A stretch of 64,000 bases of DNA from contig CM074520.1 in NCBI GenBank assembly GCA_037379345.1, forward strand, positions 1,178,001 to 1,242,000. Direction: 5' to 3'. Shown piece by piece: positions 1 to 12,745 of the stretch. Position 1 is the stretch's first letter, and each line of letters opens with the position of its first letter. Below the pieces are notes generated by a model. That model was not told where the DNA came from. It worked only from the letters and a program-made list of their open reading frames with translations, and did no database searches. The position numbers and the translations under genes were made by a program. The stretch comes from Perna viridis (Eukaryota).

Positions 1-98
1 TTCAGTCAATGGTGTTACCATGTCTAAGGGATGAGTTTCCAGTCGATGGTGTTACCACGTCTAAGGGATGAGTTTCCAGTCAATGATGTTACTACATG
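1..98. repeat. 37-bp tandem repeat, about 2.6 copies, running off the window start
   Basis: Unit ccagtc(a/g)atggtgttacca(t/c)gtctaagggatgagttt is repeated directly. Confidence 0.85.
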
Positions 99-1346
99 CT
101 TGTATTTATATTCTCCACTTGCAAGCTTTGGATAAATGATATAAGTTGTGTCCATCCTTCCGGCTGTACTCTCATTCTGTAGCAGGTACCCTTCTATTAT
201 CCATCACTCCTTCAGCGCCAATGAATGGAATATGATAAAACTTTCACAGAATATTTATGTAATATTGAAAATGTATGCTTTGATCTCCATGCTTTTAGGG
301 TGTTTCCATAGCAAGGCATGGACTTTGTCCCTTATGAATATTGGGTACCCATTTCTTACCTGTAGCATCTCCTACATCAGTGAATGGAATTGAATGTGAA
401 GTTTCTTTTTAGATTTTGATCTAAATGTTTTGTTCTCACTAAGCCAATCGTGGATTTTGTCATTCCTCGACATGGAATGTAGGGTATATATTTAGTAATC
501 ATTGCTAACCGGCTGTGCTCACAGGTTTTCTATTGAAGATGCATTTGTTTTAATTTTTTTCTGAAGTTTTTCATAAATCAAACAATAAAATTTAAAAGTT
601 CTTGACAAATTTACAGGTACTCTATATACTACACGTTTTAAACAGGAACAGACGCCAACAGTAAAATATTACTTTTAAATGTTTTTTTTCATGTAACCTA
701 CTATTGTTCAACTCATTTAGTTCAAGGTCAAATAGTTCATTTTTAAACAGTCTACATACTTTTTACATGAATTCCGTCCTTTCGATAATCGTACGAATTG
801 CTGATGGTAATGAAACACAACCTTTCTAGTTTTTAAGTAGATTGGTATCGAAAGTCATGCTTTGTTGCTCTGAATATGTATCGTTACAAAATTCATCACG
901 CTTTTTCATTTGAATACGAATATTATCACTACGACAATTAGAAAACTACTAAATACCCCTGTAACGATGTAAGGCACATTCTTTCGTTTTGTTGTTAGTA
1001 TGTTCTGAAGCAAAGTAGGATCGAGTTTTATGGTTGAAATATAAATATTACCAATTACAGATGGTGTCGCAATATTGAAGTTTGATGCATTGAATATTAC
1101 TTCTATGGTCCAATCAAATGTAAACCGAACATTGACACAAGGTGTATGGTCCAGTTCCCAGTCTGGAGAAATCTTGTGGACCTGTAAACTAATATTCTTT
1201 CTCTCTTCTTGGTCCTCGTTAGTAATATTTATATCTGTAAGTCGTTTCCTGCTTGGGTTTATAAAAGTAACAGTCGGAAATGGGTCACCTTCGATGATAC
1301 ACGTCAATTGTGATTTCTGCCCAGCAAAGATTGTTATGTTAATTTT

Positions 1347-1871
1347 ATGTTTCCTTTTAGAATTGTCAACTTTCCTTTCATCTATGGCAACATCCCTTCA
1401 GCACCTGCGTATGGAGTGTTCATATCACAACTCATACGTTATGCCAGAGCTTGCCGAAACTACACAGACTTTTTGTTTCGCGCTAGAACTCTAACAAATC
1501 GGCTTCTGGAACAGGGTTATGTTGCTACAAGATTGAAGTCATCACTACAGAAGTTTTATAGTCGTCATCATGAACTCGTGGATCGTTACGGTGTATCCAT
1601 CTGCACCATGAAAACTGATTTATTCAACGGATCATAGTTTTCCTTTCCCCGTTTGTCTACCCCGGACTTGACTTTTTATGAGCAACTCGGCGGGTGTTGC
1701 AGAGGACGCTTACCCTACCGGTGCACCGGGTCCATGCTCCCAGTTTTTAGTGGAGTCCGAGTTGCTCATTTGCTTTTGTTACTTTGTATGTATGATTATT
1801 AGCTACTTTATGTTCTTTGTTGTGTATGTCTGTTTTCCATGTCTGGTCTTTGTCCCTGGATTACATTCTTT
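1347..1871 (+). mobile_element. Penelope-like retroelement, 3' fragment (RT thumb end plus 3'UTR)
   Basis: IVNFPFIYGNIPSAPAYGVFISQLIRYARAC...LLEQGY...LKSSLQKFYSRHHELVDRY matches the RT C-terminus typical of mollusc PLEs. Near-identical sequence recurs several times in the window. Confidence 0.85.
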
Positions 1872-2032
1872 AGTGTGGTAGCAGTATAAGTCTTATTACT
1901 GCTATTATTTTCTACGTCTACCTCTGATAATAAACATTGGATGTAAAACGTTTTGCAGAAAAAAAATATTGTTTTGGTCTTTGTCTGCTGGTACAACAAG
2001 ATATTTGTCATGTATAGTAGACAATGTAGCAT
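1872..2032 (-). mobile_element. Penelope-like retroelement, internal fragment from upstream of the RT core, inverted relative to the adjacent copy
   Basis: ATLSTIHDKYLVVPADKDQNNIFF(+frameshift)CKTFYIQCLLSEVDVENNSSNKTYT contains the PLE 'PADK' motif. Confidence 0.8.
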
Positions 2033-4553
2033 TGTAATCCATTTCTCTATGAAAAAAACGAATTTTCATATTCGCCAGTCGCAACACTTTAAATAGTGTC
2101 AAATTACGGAAAGAGTTGGGGGCAATTTGACAATTTACATTTCCACTTAAATTAAGACTCGTCAAGTCATTTAAACCTCTAAATATTCCGTTGTTTATGA
2201 CAGGTATTTCATTATACGATAATGATAATTAAGTGTTTAAGTTCCTCAAACGTCCTTTCATCAATTATTTTAATTCCACAACGTGACCGTGTAACATGCC
2301 AAATGATTGGGAACTTCAATAATGACTTGTTGAGGTTCCCAAAATAACTAGGTCTGCTTATATTACCGATGATAACTAACACTTTCATGTTTTGAGGAAG
2401 TTCTGTGGGAAATAAATTCAAAATCTGATCATAATTGCAACCACTTCAATTCGCACCACAACTACATTCCTTTGGACAATTTTGGCAAAGAACATAGTGT
2501 ATTTTTGCGCACAGAAGAATATCTAAGGTGATACTAACATCTTCTGGTGGCACATAACAAATCACCTAAACTCATCGACAATAATATAATAGTGGACTAG
2601 ATATTTCTCCCTAACCACGTGGATATTGATGTTCACTTTGGGTAGCGAATTTAATATAAATTGAATTAACTATATATTCATTATGTTAAATTGCCATTTC
2701 GCACCTTATTTGTTACAATTTGTCGCTAAGTAATTACAATATTTAATTTTACTAGAACACTTAATGTTTGTCATTCACGTTATGATCTAACCTAATCCAA
2801 ACAGTTCTTATTGGTAATCTTAGCTTAAGGATGAAGGCAAGCGTTTCACAAGGATGCAATAATCTTAATCGGCTACATGTATGACTTTTTATCGATTCCA
2901 TACCCATATATTATGTTTTTAAGTCTTAACTAAGCACAAAATATTTAGGATGTCTAACATGATGGTCCAATTTCACCGCTTCCTTTACAAAGAGGAATAA
3001 CTTCGTAATACCTCGCTGTGATAAGTCCTTTTATAAAAGATTACATTCTTAAGGGAGAGTTGGCTGACCAATTAAATAAATTGATATCTTAAAACACTAA
3101 AGATCATCAAATCTATTTTGTTAAAAAAAGCAAAAAAAATAATCCTTTATTTCACAAAAAGCTATCTATGATACACTATGCTTTCCGTTCTATGTGGTTT
3201 TCATTTTTAAACTATGCTTCCATCATGCGAAAATGTCAAATTTAATTTATTATAATTTCGTCTTTACACCATAGTTTAATGATACTTTCATATTGCATAA
3301 CTTAAATATCTCTGAAGCAAGGTACAAACGAAAGCACCATGGATAAAAATGCGTGTACACCTATATGACAAGGAGCGGACCATTAAAGTAATAAAATACA
3401 TATAAAAACAAAGAGTACGAACTACATTACCTGGCTGCCCTGGACGGGTAGCAATCCCATGACGTTCTTTATAGATCAAGTCTGGTAAAATAGGAAAAAC
3501 ATATTTCAGACTTGTCACAGAACAAACGACCAGGTCATGGTAGCAAATTTGGACATAACTTTTGCACAACAAAATAAAATTCCCAGTACCAGTACTTTAG
3601 TGTAAGCCGCTGTCATTGTAATTTCTAACAAAGTGTATGAGTTAAGAGGAAAACATTGGGCAGCTGGAATGTTACTACATATGAGAGAATAGCTAACAAT
3701 CGAAAGTCAACGTCGTCGCATTTGTAATAAAGTTAATTTAAACTATTCCTTGTTTTGAAAAGAAAGTCAGGATAAGACACAGACTAGTGTGTTTATAAAT
3801 TAAAGATAATGTTCAATGACCCGTTCTAAAACAAAGAATTCCCTTTAGGTATATTTCCCATTTCCTCATTTATCTGGAATGTTTGATTAACCTCTAAACA
3901 TAAATGGTTAAGATGGTATGAACAACCAATATTTACGCATTCTTAATGTGAAAAAAAAAACAAATGATAAAAATATCCTAATTTTCTTTATTTTTTTCAC
4001 TTATTATCATGATAAAATGAAATACATGGAATAGTATCGTTAAGACTGTCATAGGCCGAAGACAGTGCTTTAATCAGATAACTAATCAGATAACTAATTT
4101 ATTATAAAATTAGGAATTGGACCAAATTAAACATTTACTTATCTTGAATGAAATTAAAGTTTATGTGAAAAATGGTCACTTTCAATTATTTTAATGATTC
4201 TGTGTGATAATCACACATAGCGAATTTAAGCTTTGGTTACACTTCCTTATTATTGCATTAAGCCATCCAAGCATCCAAGCCAAAATGTCATCATATGGAA
4301 CAGTGGTATAGATAGGTCCCCAGAAAAAAATTCATGAACAAATGAAAAAAATACAACTTTACCATAAAATGACTTTACAAATAAAAACAGCTTAATACTG
4401 TTATACAAAATTAGTACGTTCGTGTATTAAAATACTTAAAAATCTGAGAAAAGAAACAAAAATCACGCTCGATGTTACTTCATGTACAGAAAAAAATATT
4501 CTGAAAAATATCCAGGCTTTATTTTAGTGTTGTCATATTTCAATAGTCACCCA

Positions 4554-5498
4554 AGGGACCGGTCAAAATTTATCGCCACATAGGACCGGTGCAAATAGCA
4601 ATAGGACAGATATTTCTTTGATGTAATGCTTTTGTTGGGACACCACTTTTTTACTGATAATATCCATAGATTTTTTACGAACAAATTCTTTGAACTAAAT
4701 GTTTTATTAACTTACAAAACAAACTATTAGAAAAAAAATAATCTACAACATATAAATGCTGTAGAAAATACAGCTATTTAACATAATTCATTGTAATTAG
4801 AATAACTACATATGTATTAAAACAGAAATAGCTTTATATCAATATCTTTTTGTAAGATCTTTAATAAAGTATATGTGTTAACATAATGTTTTCAAATTAA
4901 TTAAAATGCATTTAATTTCAACAATATAGTTACAAAAATGCATAAAATATGTACAAATATAATGACTAGAATACTAAAAGTTTCATAACTTTGTGTAACG
5001 ATAACACAATTAAAGGGGGATAACTGAATTGCATTAATGACATGAATAATCCTAAGAAAAAAATCACTGCTTTTACATGTTTTACATGTACCTGGTTCTT
5101 CTTTTAATAACATTTAACATAAAATATGCATTTCTTCACTATTTTTTCCAAGGTAATTTTCATGATTTTCAAGCACATATTTTTAGTAAGACTTAATCGA
5201 ACAGTAAAATAGCATGACTAAAACAATTAAGTATAAATAAGATATACATTGCAAGAAAATGAGAATTATTTTGATTTTTAATTATGTTCATTTTGAGCAG
5301 TATTTTATACTAGTTTACTCTATTCATATAATACCCATGCACTTTATAAGAAAACCATGATAGGACACCAACTTCTTTCTTACTAAGTTGACAAAGGAGA
5401 TCTTTTTTTCCAAGTCAGATAGCCATAGGGTCGTAACATTTATTTAGGCTCTTTTGTTTGCACCGGTCCTATATGGCGATAAATTTTGACCTGTCCCT
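4554..5498. mobile_element. Non-autonomous DNA transposon, ~945 bp, with ~42-bp terminal inverted repeats
   Basis: agggaccggtcaaaatttatcgccacataggaccggtgcaaa (4554-4595) versus tttgcaccggtcctatatggcgataaattttgacctgtccct (5457-5498), 2 mismatches. AT-rich non-coding interior. No clear TSD. Confidence 0.88.
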
Positions 5499-6600
5499 AA
5501 CCTAAGCTCTAATTAAGAACCTTTTGTTCTTAATTACCTTTGATCTCATTTATCCAACTTTTTTTACCTGTATTACCTGAAATTTCAAAAAGTTGGATAA
5601 ATGGGGATGAACCGATTCATGGAAGGCATAATGCATTTCAAGAACAACAAATATCAAGTGTTGACAATAAAGGAGATTGGTGAAATTATCTGAGTATCCT
5701 TTTTTTGTTGTGACAACGATATAGATAAAGTCATATTTCTGTTTTTTTTTCTAGTAATAAAAACCCAACAAGATAATGTGTGATGTACTTGTGCATCTCC
5801 TTACAAGAATATGGAGAAATAAAATAAATACTGAAAAGTCAGCAATGACACGAGGGGAAATTCCCTCCTAAAAGAAAATATCAATTTAAACATAACATGA
5901 TATGAATGTGTTATAAAATAAATATCGAGTAGATTTGATACAAATTTTACCGAAAATAAATAGCTACTGAAATGAAATTAATATTCTATTCAATGCGAAT
6001 TATATTATGTACATGTGTTGAGAGCTACCACTAAACTGGGATCTTTCACGTTTCATTACCTCTTTATTCCAAAATTATTAAATACAAAAATATTCTATAA
6101 TTGAACTTGCTTATGTATAAAAATTTATACAAATGAATTCAAATTTAAGACTGACTTGATGTTTTCCGTAAACCGTAAACAAAAGCCTTAAAAGCCAATT
6201 TATATATGGTAAAGTCTTTGACTTAAGTAGCTGTCATTTTGCGTATAGATACCAGGGATTTAATCAAATGAATGGTGACAATTAAACATACAAAATTCAT
6301 CTCAACAACTAAGGTATGATAACAGCCTGAATACGAGGTAAAGTAACCATATTTCTCTTGTAACAACTAATACTGGCTATTGGTAATAACCTATACCACA
6401 TTTTTACACACCAAGGCTTCACTGTACCTTCATTTCTTGTATTGCCAATCGTAGAACTTCTCGATGGTGCGTGCTAGATTTGGCTTCTGTCTTGATATTT
6501 TTGATGTATAGCTCTCGATCTTCTGATGTGTTAGGTTATGACAGGATACTAATTTAAACACATGTACAGCATAGTGAAATGTATATATGATATTTTTATA

Positions 6601-6743
6601 GTTGCTCATTTACTTTTGTTTCTTTGTACGTATCTTTTTTAGTTTTTTTTTTTTGCTGCGTTTGTCTGCTTTTCATGTCTGGTTTTTGACCCTGGATTAT
6701 ATTCTTTAGATTTCCGCTAGAATCTTGGTTCCCTTGATTACTC
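6601..6743 (+). mobile_element. Penelope-like element, 3'UTR-only fragment
   Basis: gttgctcatttacttttg...catgtctgg...ccctggatta...ccgctagaatcttggttcccttgattactc matches the 3' ends of other copies. Confidence 0.8.
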
Positions 6744-7147
6744 ATTGTATTTGCCAATGAATGATCCTTTGCTGGTTTAATTTGTTTTTTTAATAGCCTT
6801 TCATAATACTTCCTCCGCAAACTGTAATTATGTGTCTTCACTTTCATTTTTACACATTACATATTAATTCTAAATATTAGTGCAACAACAAATACGAAAT
6901 GTAAATCAAAGCAACACGTTGACAGAAATAGTTTAAACGATGCAAAAGTTACAAAAAGTTCATGTTAAACCTAAAACAATGAAATGTGCAGTACATAAGA
7001 TGGAACATAAATCTATGGATAACGTTTTTATGTGTAACAAAGAAATCTAAATAGACAAAACTAAATAAAAAAGTAGCGGCTATGTCAAATACTGGGCTAG
7101 GAGGTTATGTAGAAATGCTCAATATTGGATAATCAAAAAAAATCGGT

Positions 7148-7490
7148 GTAGTCACAGCAAGCTCTGGCATAACGTATACTTCATAAACTCCATACGTAGG
7201 TGCTGAAAGGATTTTGCCACTGATGAAGAGAAAGGTAACAATACGGAATGAAAATTATCGCGTTTGTCGTATAGTCTGGTCAATAATTTTCCTTTTCCTT
7301 CGATCTGGATAAGTATAGGTCAAGATACGAGGCTGACTTTACAGTGTCTGTAGTATCCTTTATCTCAAGTTCTTAGGGGTAGATGCGATTATAAAATCCC
7401 CAAAACTTTGATTGTTTAACAATAATACAACATCTATATAATAGTGGAAACCGAGTACAAAGGATCTGGCTAAACGAAGTTTCTTTTTTT
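7148..7490 (-). mobile_element. Penelope-like element, degenerate RT fragment
   Basis: The reverse complement aligns with 12018-12265 and 45645-45978 (RIYPKELEIKDTTDTVKSASYLDL...LYDKRD...RYARAC). Confidence 0.82.
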
Positions 7491-8836
7491 TAGGTCAGAT
7501 CAGCCGACCATTTAGTAAAAAACACCACATTGGACATACAGAATGTACGTGACGTGCAGCTTGTATTCTAAATGATTGATATTTTGTGATGCTTTTGATT
7601 TATTTAGTTTTTTCCTGATTGTGTGACTGGTTATAAAATTCTGTTTTTCCGTTGTAAATTGTTGGTCACCTATTGTGTTTTTTTTTGTACTCCCAGTTGT
7701 GTTTTTGCCCATGCCTCCCCCTATTTTCAGATTCGGATTTCTCACTTCTCTCAATAGATTAAACATGTCAATTTTGCGTACAAGATCAGAAATGTTTCAA
7801 AATACCGGCTTATTAATTAAGAGAAATAACTACTACTGGGGAAAATGACAACGTAACCAAGACAACAGTGACAGCATAAAAACCTACAGATGATGTCAAG
7901 GATTTATATATAGCTATATTTAACTCCTTGATGAAGTAAAGAAGAAAAAAAAACACACAAAATAGAATTAGATAAATACAACTATGATCTGGATTCCATA
8001 TACTATTCAGCTTTATCTATTTGTAATGTAGATAACACTCTAGCTTTTTGTGCATACACATTTGTTCGGTTTCACAATATATTTATTCCAGAACTTTTGT
8101 ACGGTACGTGTACACACGTTTTGGTATTGACCCTGAATAATCAATGATGATTGTTACTTTTATTGTTGTAAAACTTTAATCATGAGTCATGTGTATGTTT
8201 GCCTAACAAATTCAGATGCTAATTATTTGTAATAACTACCTCCCTTCTCTTGTCAGTCTAGAACAATATATTTCATCTTTTTTTGTTATTGTTCAATAAT
8301 GCATACTCTGTTTCATATTTTATATATTTCTTAGATGTAGTATACGTATTACTGTGGCAAAATTCAGATGGAGAGCATTTTCGACTTTTAATAAAGTAGA
8401 CTTTAAGGTATTTGAAATATAAAAGTAACATTTTTGGTGCGGTATTTATAACTTGTCTTTCAGGTTTCTTATCTGCTTGATATTCTCAACATCCTTTTAT
8501 TTTAGGATTTTCTGAGATTTATGTAGGTTTGTGGCAAAATGTTTTAACACGGTTATGAAATACTAAAATAGTAAATATCAACTTGTTCAATGCGAAATAG
8601 AGGTATGCAAACATATTATCAAGCGAAGAATAAAATTTAGTGGAAAACCGGTTTAATTACAAATTTACTGACAAATATGAAAAATGATAACCAAATTCTT
8701 TATTACTACAAACGATAAAATTAATAATGCAATTAACGTAAACAAAAACAAACATCTACACAGTTGCAAACATGAAAATCAAAAACTGCTATGTAACAAA
8801 TAACAATAAGAAAAGTATGACAAAACAACTTGAATA

Positions 8837-9008
8837 CAGTGGTGGATCCAGACATTTTGGAAAGGAAGGGTGCCAGCTGGGGTTCATCAGAAAAGGGGGC
8901 TCTAGGACATTTTTTGGCATTTTCGTCAACTTACCATGTGAAAACTACTATTACAAAGGGGATATTACCCCCCCCCCCTCCTTTGCAGTCCCTTTAGATC
9001 GACCACTG
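8837..9008. mobile_element. MITE, 172 bp, CAGTGG...CCACTG termini
   Basis: TIR cagtggtggatcca / tagatcgaccactg. The 5-bp direct repeat gaata flanks both ends (8832-8836, 9009-9013). The interior is GC-richer than the flanks. Confidence 0.8.
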
Positions 9009-9705
9009 GAATACAACTAACCATGATTTATCTCGGAAAATGCAATAAAAGTTTCCTTTTGGCACAATATGGGTAACAACAATTTGATTAAAACTTTAAA
9101 CGGAATCTATCTAAAACAATTAAGATGACAATGTAAACAATAAAATGATACCATAAAACCTAGGGAAAATCCTCCGCTACCATTGGATATTTGATTTTGG
9201 TCAAGGAAATTCAATCCTTTGCAAATCACAAAATAGTAATGTGTTCGATCATATAGTAGTTTCAAAACTGGAACTCTGTATTAGTAGAAATATACAGCTT
9301 AAAACGATCGATATAGATGTAGATTCCCAGCTCTGTCAAAAATAGCCAATACAAACAGGAGATGTCTGAATGAAATCATTTTTAAGTATTGACGCATTTT
9401 TATATCGAAATCAAAAAGGAAAAAAAACATATTTCAGAAAAGAACATATGAATGCATATCTATCATTTTATCCTCATAAGCAGTATCGCACGAGTTACAA
9501 AACTTTGACCTTAATATGTAACAACACTTTTTAAATTTCATTAAATTATTGTCTTAACTACTAGTATTCCTTGTAGAATTACAAAGAACATCTGTACTAC
9601 GTAGAAGAAAAAAAAAACACCTGTAAATTTAACATATCAAAGATATTTTGCCTAAATTTTCTATATACTGCCTAATAAGATGTAACTAGTGTTTTGTCTC
9701 TGAAA

Positions 9706-11205
9706 TTATGTATATGCTTGTCTCCGAGGTGCTACATTCACTCGAGTTGGATTAGCACGCGATATCGATTTACGAGGACTTCGGACTGTATCAAACCCTT
9801 CGTTCTCCACAGCAACATCTTTCTTACATTTCTTACTGCAGATTATGATTAGAATTATGAGTAACAATAGACCCCCACCTCCACCAGCGGCGTAGTACAT
9901 TAACATGTTTGGTGGTTCTTCCGGTTTGCTAGAGTTTGTCATTTTTACCACAGAGGTCACGTGAGTAGGAGTTGCAGCAGTAGTTGATTTCATCACTTTA
10001 TTCGTTGTAGTTGTCGATAAACTTGTTGATGTTGTTTTCGTCGGTTTTGTCGTAATAGTTGTTGTGATAGTGGTTGTTGTTGTCGATAAAATCACACGTA
10101 ATTCAACAGCACGTTGATCTTCTCCCAAAGTTGAACTAGCCGAGAGTGTCCAGTTCCCCTGGTCACGGATCGATACTTTTAGTATAAGGAGACTACTGTT
10201 CTGAAATACTACATGGTCGTTCTTAGTACTTGATGTTCCATAGATAGTGCCTGTCGGGTTTATCCATGTAACTGTAGGTTTAGGTTTCCCTTCAAAACTA
10301 CAATTTATTAACACAGACGATCCTTCATCAACGGTTACCTTACTTCTGTCACAGTAGACAATTTTCGGCGCAATACGATCAAGTTTTGAATCAGGAACAT
10401 TGACTAAAGAAATATATTTCAAATCATTTGGTAAATCACAGATTAAACTTGCCCAACTTGCTTTAATTGAAAAAGATGCATTATGGTTCTTAAGCCATTT
10501 GATATCGCTATCACAAACCCAAGGATTATCCGCCAGGAAAATACTCTTAAGATGGCTGAATAGTGGTGCCATTGTTGATGGTATAGAGGTCAGTTTGTTT
10601 CTTGATATATCCAAATAAGTCAACGATTTAAGTGAAGTAATAATACGCCACTTTAACGATTTCAGCTTGTTTCCGTGAAGATCAAGTTTACGCAGAGACA
10701 TAAGTGGCTTAATCAAACTTTCATCAAAAGAATTCAAATTCAGTTCTGCCAAAAGCAACTCACATAAACTACTTAGTCCGTCAAATGCACCGTTTTGGAT
10801 TTTGCAATTTTCGTTTCCAGTAAGATCCAGTGTTTTTAATCCAGAAAGTCCTTGAAAAATAAGTTGATCGATCTTAGAGATATTGTTATACGCCAGACTT
10901 AAAGTCCTTACGACAGGAAGGCCACTGAAAGCTCCTTTGTCTATTTCAGTGATTCCACAATATCTTAAAGTTAGATGTTGAAGCCCTGGAAAACTCATCA
11001 TTGAAATTTTTCTCAAAGAGTTCGGGTTGGTGTCCTTACCAGCTATTGTCAAAATTTTTACATTTTTTGGAATATTATTGGGAAGACTGCTATGAAAAGA
11101 CGATAAAAGACACGTACTTAATACGGCTCCACAGTGGCATCCGGGTATACAAGTCTGGCTCCTAACAATTAAAACACAACTAATGATGAAAATTGTCTTC
11201 AACAT
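9706..11205 (-). CDS. LRR + Ig type I membrane protein (LIG-type architecture as in Kekkon/LINGO/ISLR), 499 aa, single coding exon
   Basis: Signal peptide; LRRNT CIPGCHCGAVLSTC; about 7 LxxLxLxxNxL repeats; LRRCT NPWVCDSDIKWL...CDLP; I-set-like Ig; Thr-rich stalk; TM AAGGGGGLLLLIILIIIC; basic tail. Confidence 0.95.
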   Translation of the reverse strand: MLKTIFIISCVLIVRSQTCIPGCHCGAVLSTCLLSSFHSSLPNNIPKNVKILTIAGKDTNPNSLRKISMMSFPGLQHLTLRYCGITEIDKGAFSGLPVVRTLSLAYNNISKIDQLIFQGLSGLKTLDLTGNENCKIQNGAFDGLSSLCELLLAELNLNSFDESLIKPLMSLRKLDLHGNKLKSLKWRIITSLKSLTYLDISRNKLTSIPSTMAPLFSHLKSIFLADNPWVCDSDIKWLKNHNASFSIKASWASLICDLPNDLKYISLVNVPDSKLDRIAPKIVYCDRSKVTVDEGSSVLINCSFEGKPKPTVTWINPTGTIYGTSSTKNDHVVFQNSSLLILKVSIRDQGNWTLSASSTLGEDQRAVELRVILSTTTTTITTTITTKPTKTTSTSLSTTTTNKVMKSTTAATPTHVTSVVKMTNSSKPEEPPNMLMYYAAGGGGGLLLLIILIIICSKKCKKDVAVENEGFDTVRSPRKSISRANPTRVNVAPRRQAYT

Positions 11206-12017
11206 TTTGATACATGCACAGTTCCTTGGTACAAGATATCATAATTCGTCTTTAGTTCCGCGGTCGTTATTATATATCCTTCGAACATTCTATTTAGATC
11301 TTACGCATATACTAATCGAGAAAAAGATGGTCAAAATCATTTGAATGCTAATGCATAGATAAGAAACATTTAAGTAGCCATTGATCACCCATTAACGGAT
11401 AAACCGGGTATTAGATTGGACAAAATAGGAACCCACATCATCAGAAGAAAGTTGAATGTAAATTTTAAAGTTTGCAATTATTTCACTGAGTGGTTGGGAT
11501 ATTATCGTATAATTTATCAAGTTAATATATGTACTTCTTACTTTTCAAATTATATTTAACAAGAATTTATTTCCTTGTTTACATATAAGAGTTTATAGTT
11601 CCAATACAAAGAATACCTTCATTTGAACTGTCTTTCTGTTTTGGAGTAACATATTCCAGTTAAAGCTGTCCACATGAATTCTCAGTGTAATTGTGAAGAG
11701 TGAGGGGCTAATTTTTAAAAAGCATCGACACAAAATTTAACAAATTTGATAAATTGAAAGAAATGTCCAATATCTTTTGACAATTTGAAGACATCACTTG
11801 ATTTCAAGGGGGAGCTTGGAAGTTTTATAATTATTTTGATATAGACCTTTTTTTTTAACAATTAAATATAATGATATTGAAAAAATATTCTAACACTTTC
11901 AAATTACTCTACTTTGAATGGCATGCTTTTACTCTATGAAAATACATAACGCACAGGAAAAAAACATTTTTACTGTTAATATGGTGAAAATAAATATTTT
12001 GATCCTAACAAATCTTC

Positions 12018-12745
12018 CATCGCATCTACCCAAAAGAACTTGAGATAAAGGATACTACAGACTCTGTGAAGTTAGCCTCATATCTTGACCTACACTTAGA
12101 AATCGATGGTAAAGGAAAACTATTGACCAAACTTTACGACAAACGTGATGACTTTTCATTCAGAATTGTCAACTTTCGTTTCATCTGTGGCAACATCCCT
12201 TCAGCACCTGCGTATGGAGTGTTCATATCACAACTCGTACGTTATGCCAGAGCTTACCGAAACTACGCAGACTTTTTGTAGAACTCTAACAAATCGGCTT
12301 CTGGAACAGGGTTATGTTGCTACAAGATTAAAGTCATCACTACAGAAGTCGATTGCAGTATGGAGTATGCAGTTTTGAAAAGTTACGTTAGTATGGTCGT
12401 CATCATGAACTCGTGGATCGTTATGGTGTATCAATTTGCACCATGAAAACTGATTTATTCAACGTGTCATAGTTTTCCTTTCCTCGTTTGTCTACCCCGG
12501 ACTTGATTTTTTTGCACAACTCGGTGGGTGTTTCTAGAAAATCAGACGCTTATCCTACCAGTACACCTGGTCCATACTCCACTTTTTAGTGGAGTCTTAG
12601 TTGCTCATTTGCTTTTGTTACTTTGTATGTATGATTTTAGTTACTTTATGTTCTTTGTTGTGTACGTCTGTTTTCCATGTCTGGTCTTTGTCCTTGGGTT
12701 ACATTCTTTTGATTACCGCTATAACCTTGGTTCCCTTGATTATTT
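12018..12745 (+). mobile_element. Penelope-like element, 5'-truncated copy (RT 3' half plus 3'UTR)
   Basis: RIYPKELEIKDTTDSVKLASYLDLHLEIDGKGKLLTKLYDKRDDFSFRIVNF... followed by the shared 3'UTR ending ggttcccttgatta. Has a small deletion and a ~45-bp insertion near 12350-12392. Confidence 0.88.

Larger units (their letters stand above)
906..2540 (-). pseudogene. LRR-Ig-transmembrane receptor pseudogene, paralogue of 9706..11205, interrupted by a Penelope-like insertion
   Basis: Collinear fragments: LRRNT with an in-frame stop (CQNCPKECSCGAN*SGC, ~2430-2490); LPQNMKVLVIIG...RCGIKIIDERTFEEL (2212..2421); LNLSGNVNCQIAPNSFRNL (2035..2165); Ig start ITIFAGQKSQLTCIIEGDPFPTVTFINP (~1255-1345); TM YIVTGVFSSFLIVVVIIFVF. 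Stops, frameshifts and deletions are present. Confidence 0.88.

Noticed and set aside
110-480. Possible exon or transposon coding fragment near the window start
   Set aside because: No recognisable motif in the frames I read, and the context is cut by the window edge.
1640-1770. SECIS element in the PLE 3'UTR (some Naiad PLEs encode selenoproteins)
   Set aside because: The AUGA pairs Watson-Crick with UCAU rather than forming a GA quartet, and no conserved in-frame UGA is visible in these fragments.
1678-1881. Recurrent small hydrophobic ORFs (MSNSAGV...; also 12528, 19829, 45054, 45070) as a membrane-peptide family
   Set aside because: They are translations of the T-rich Penelope 3'UTR, and the frame is not conserved between copies.
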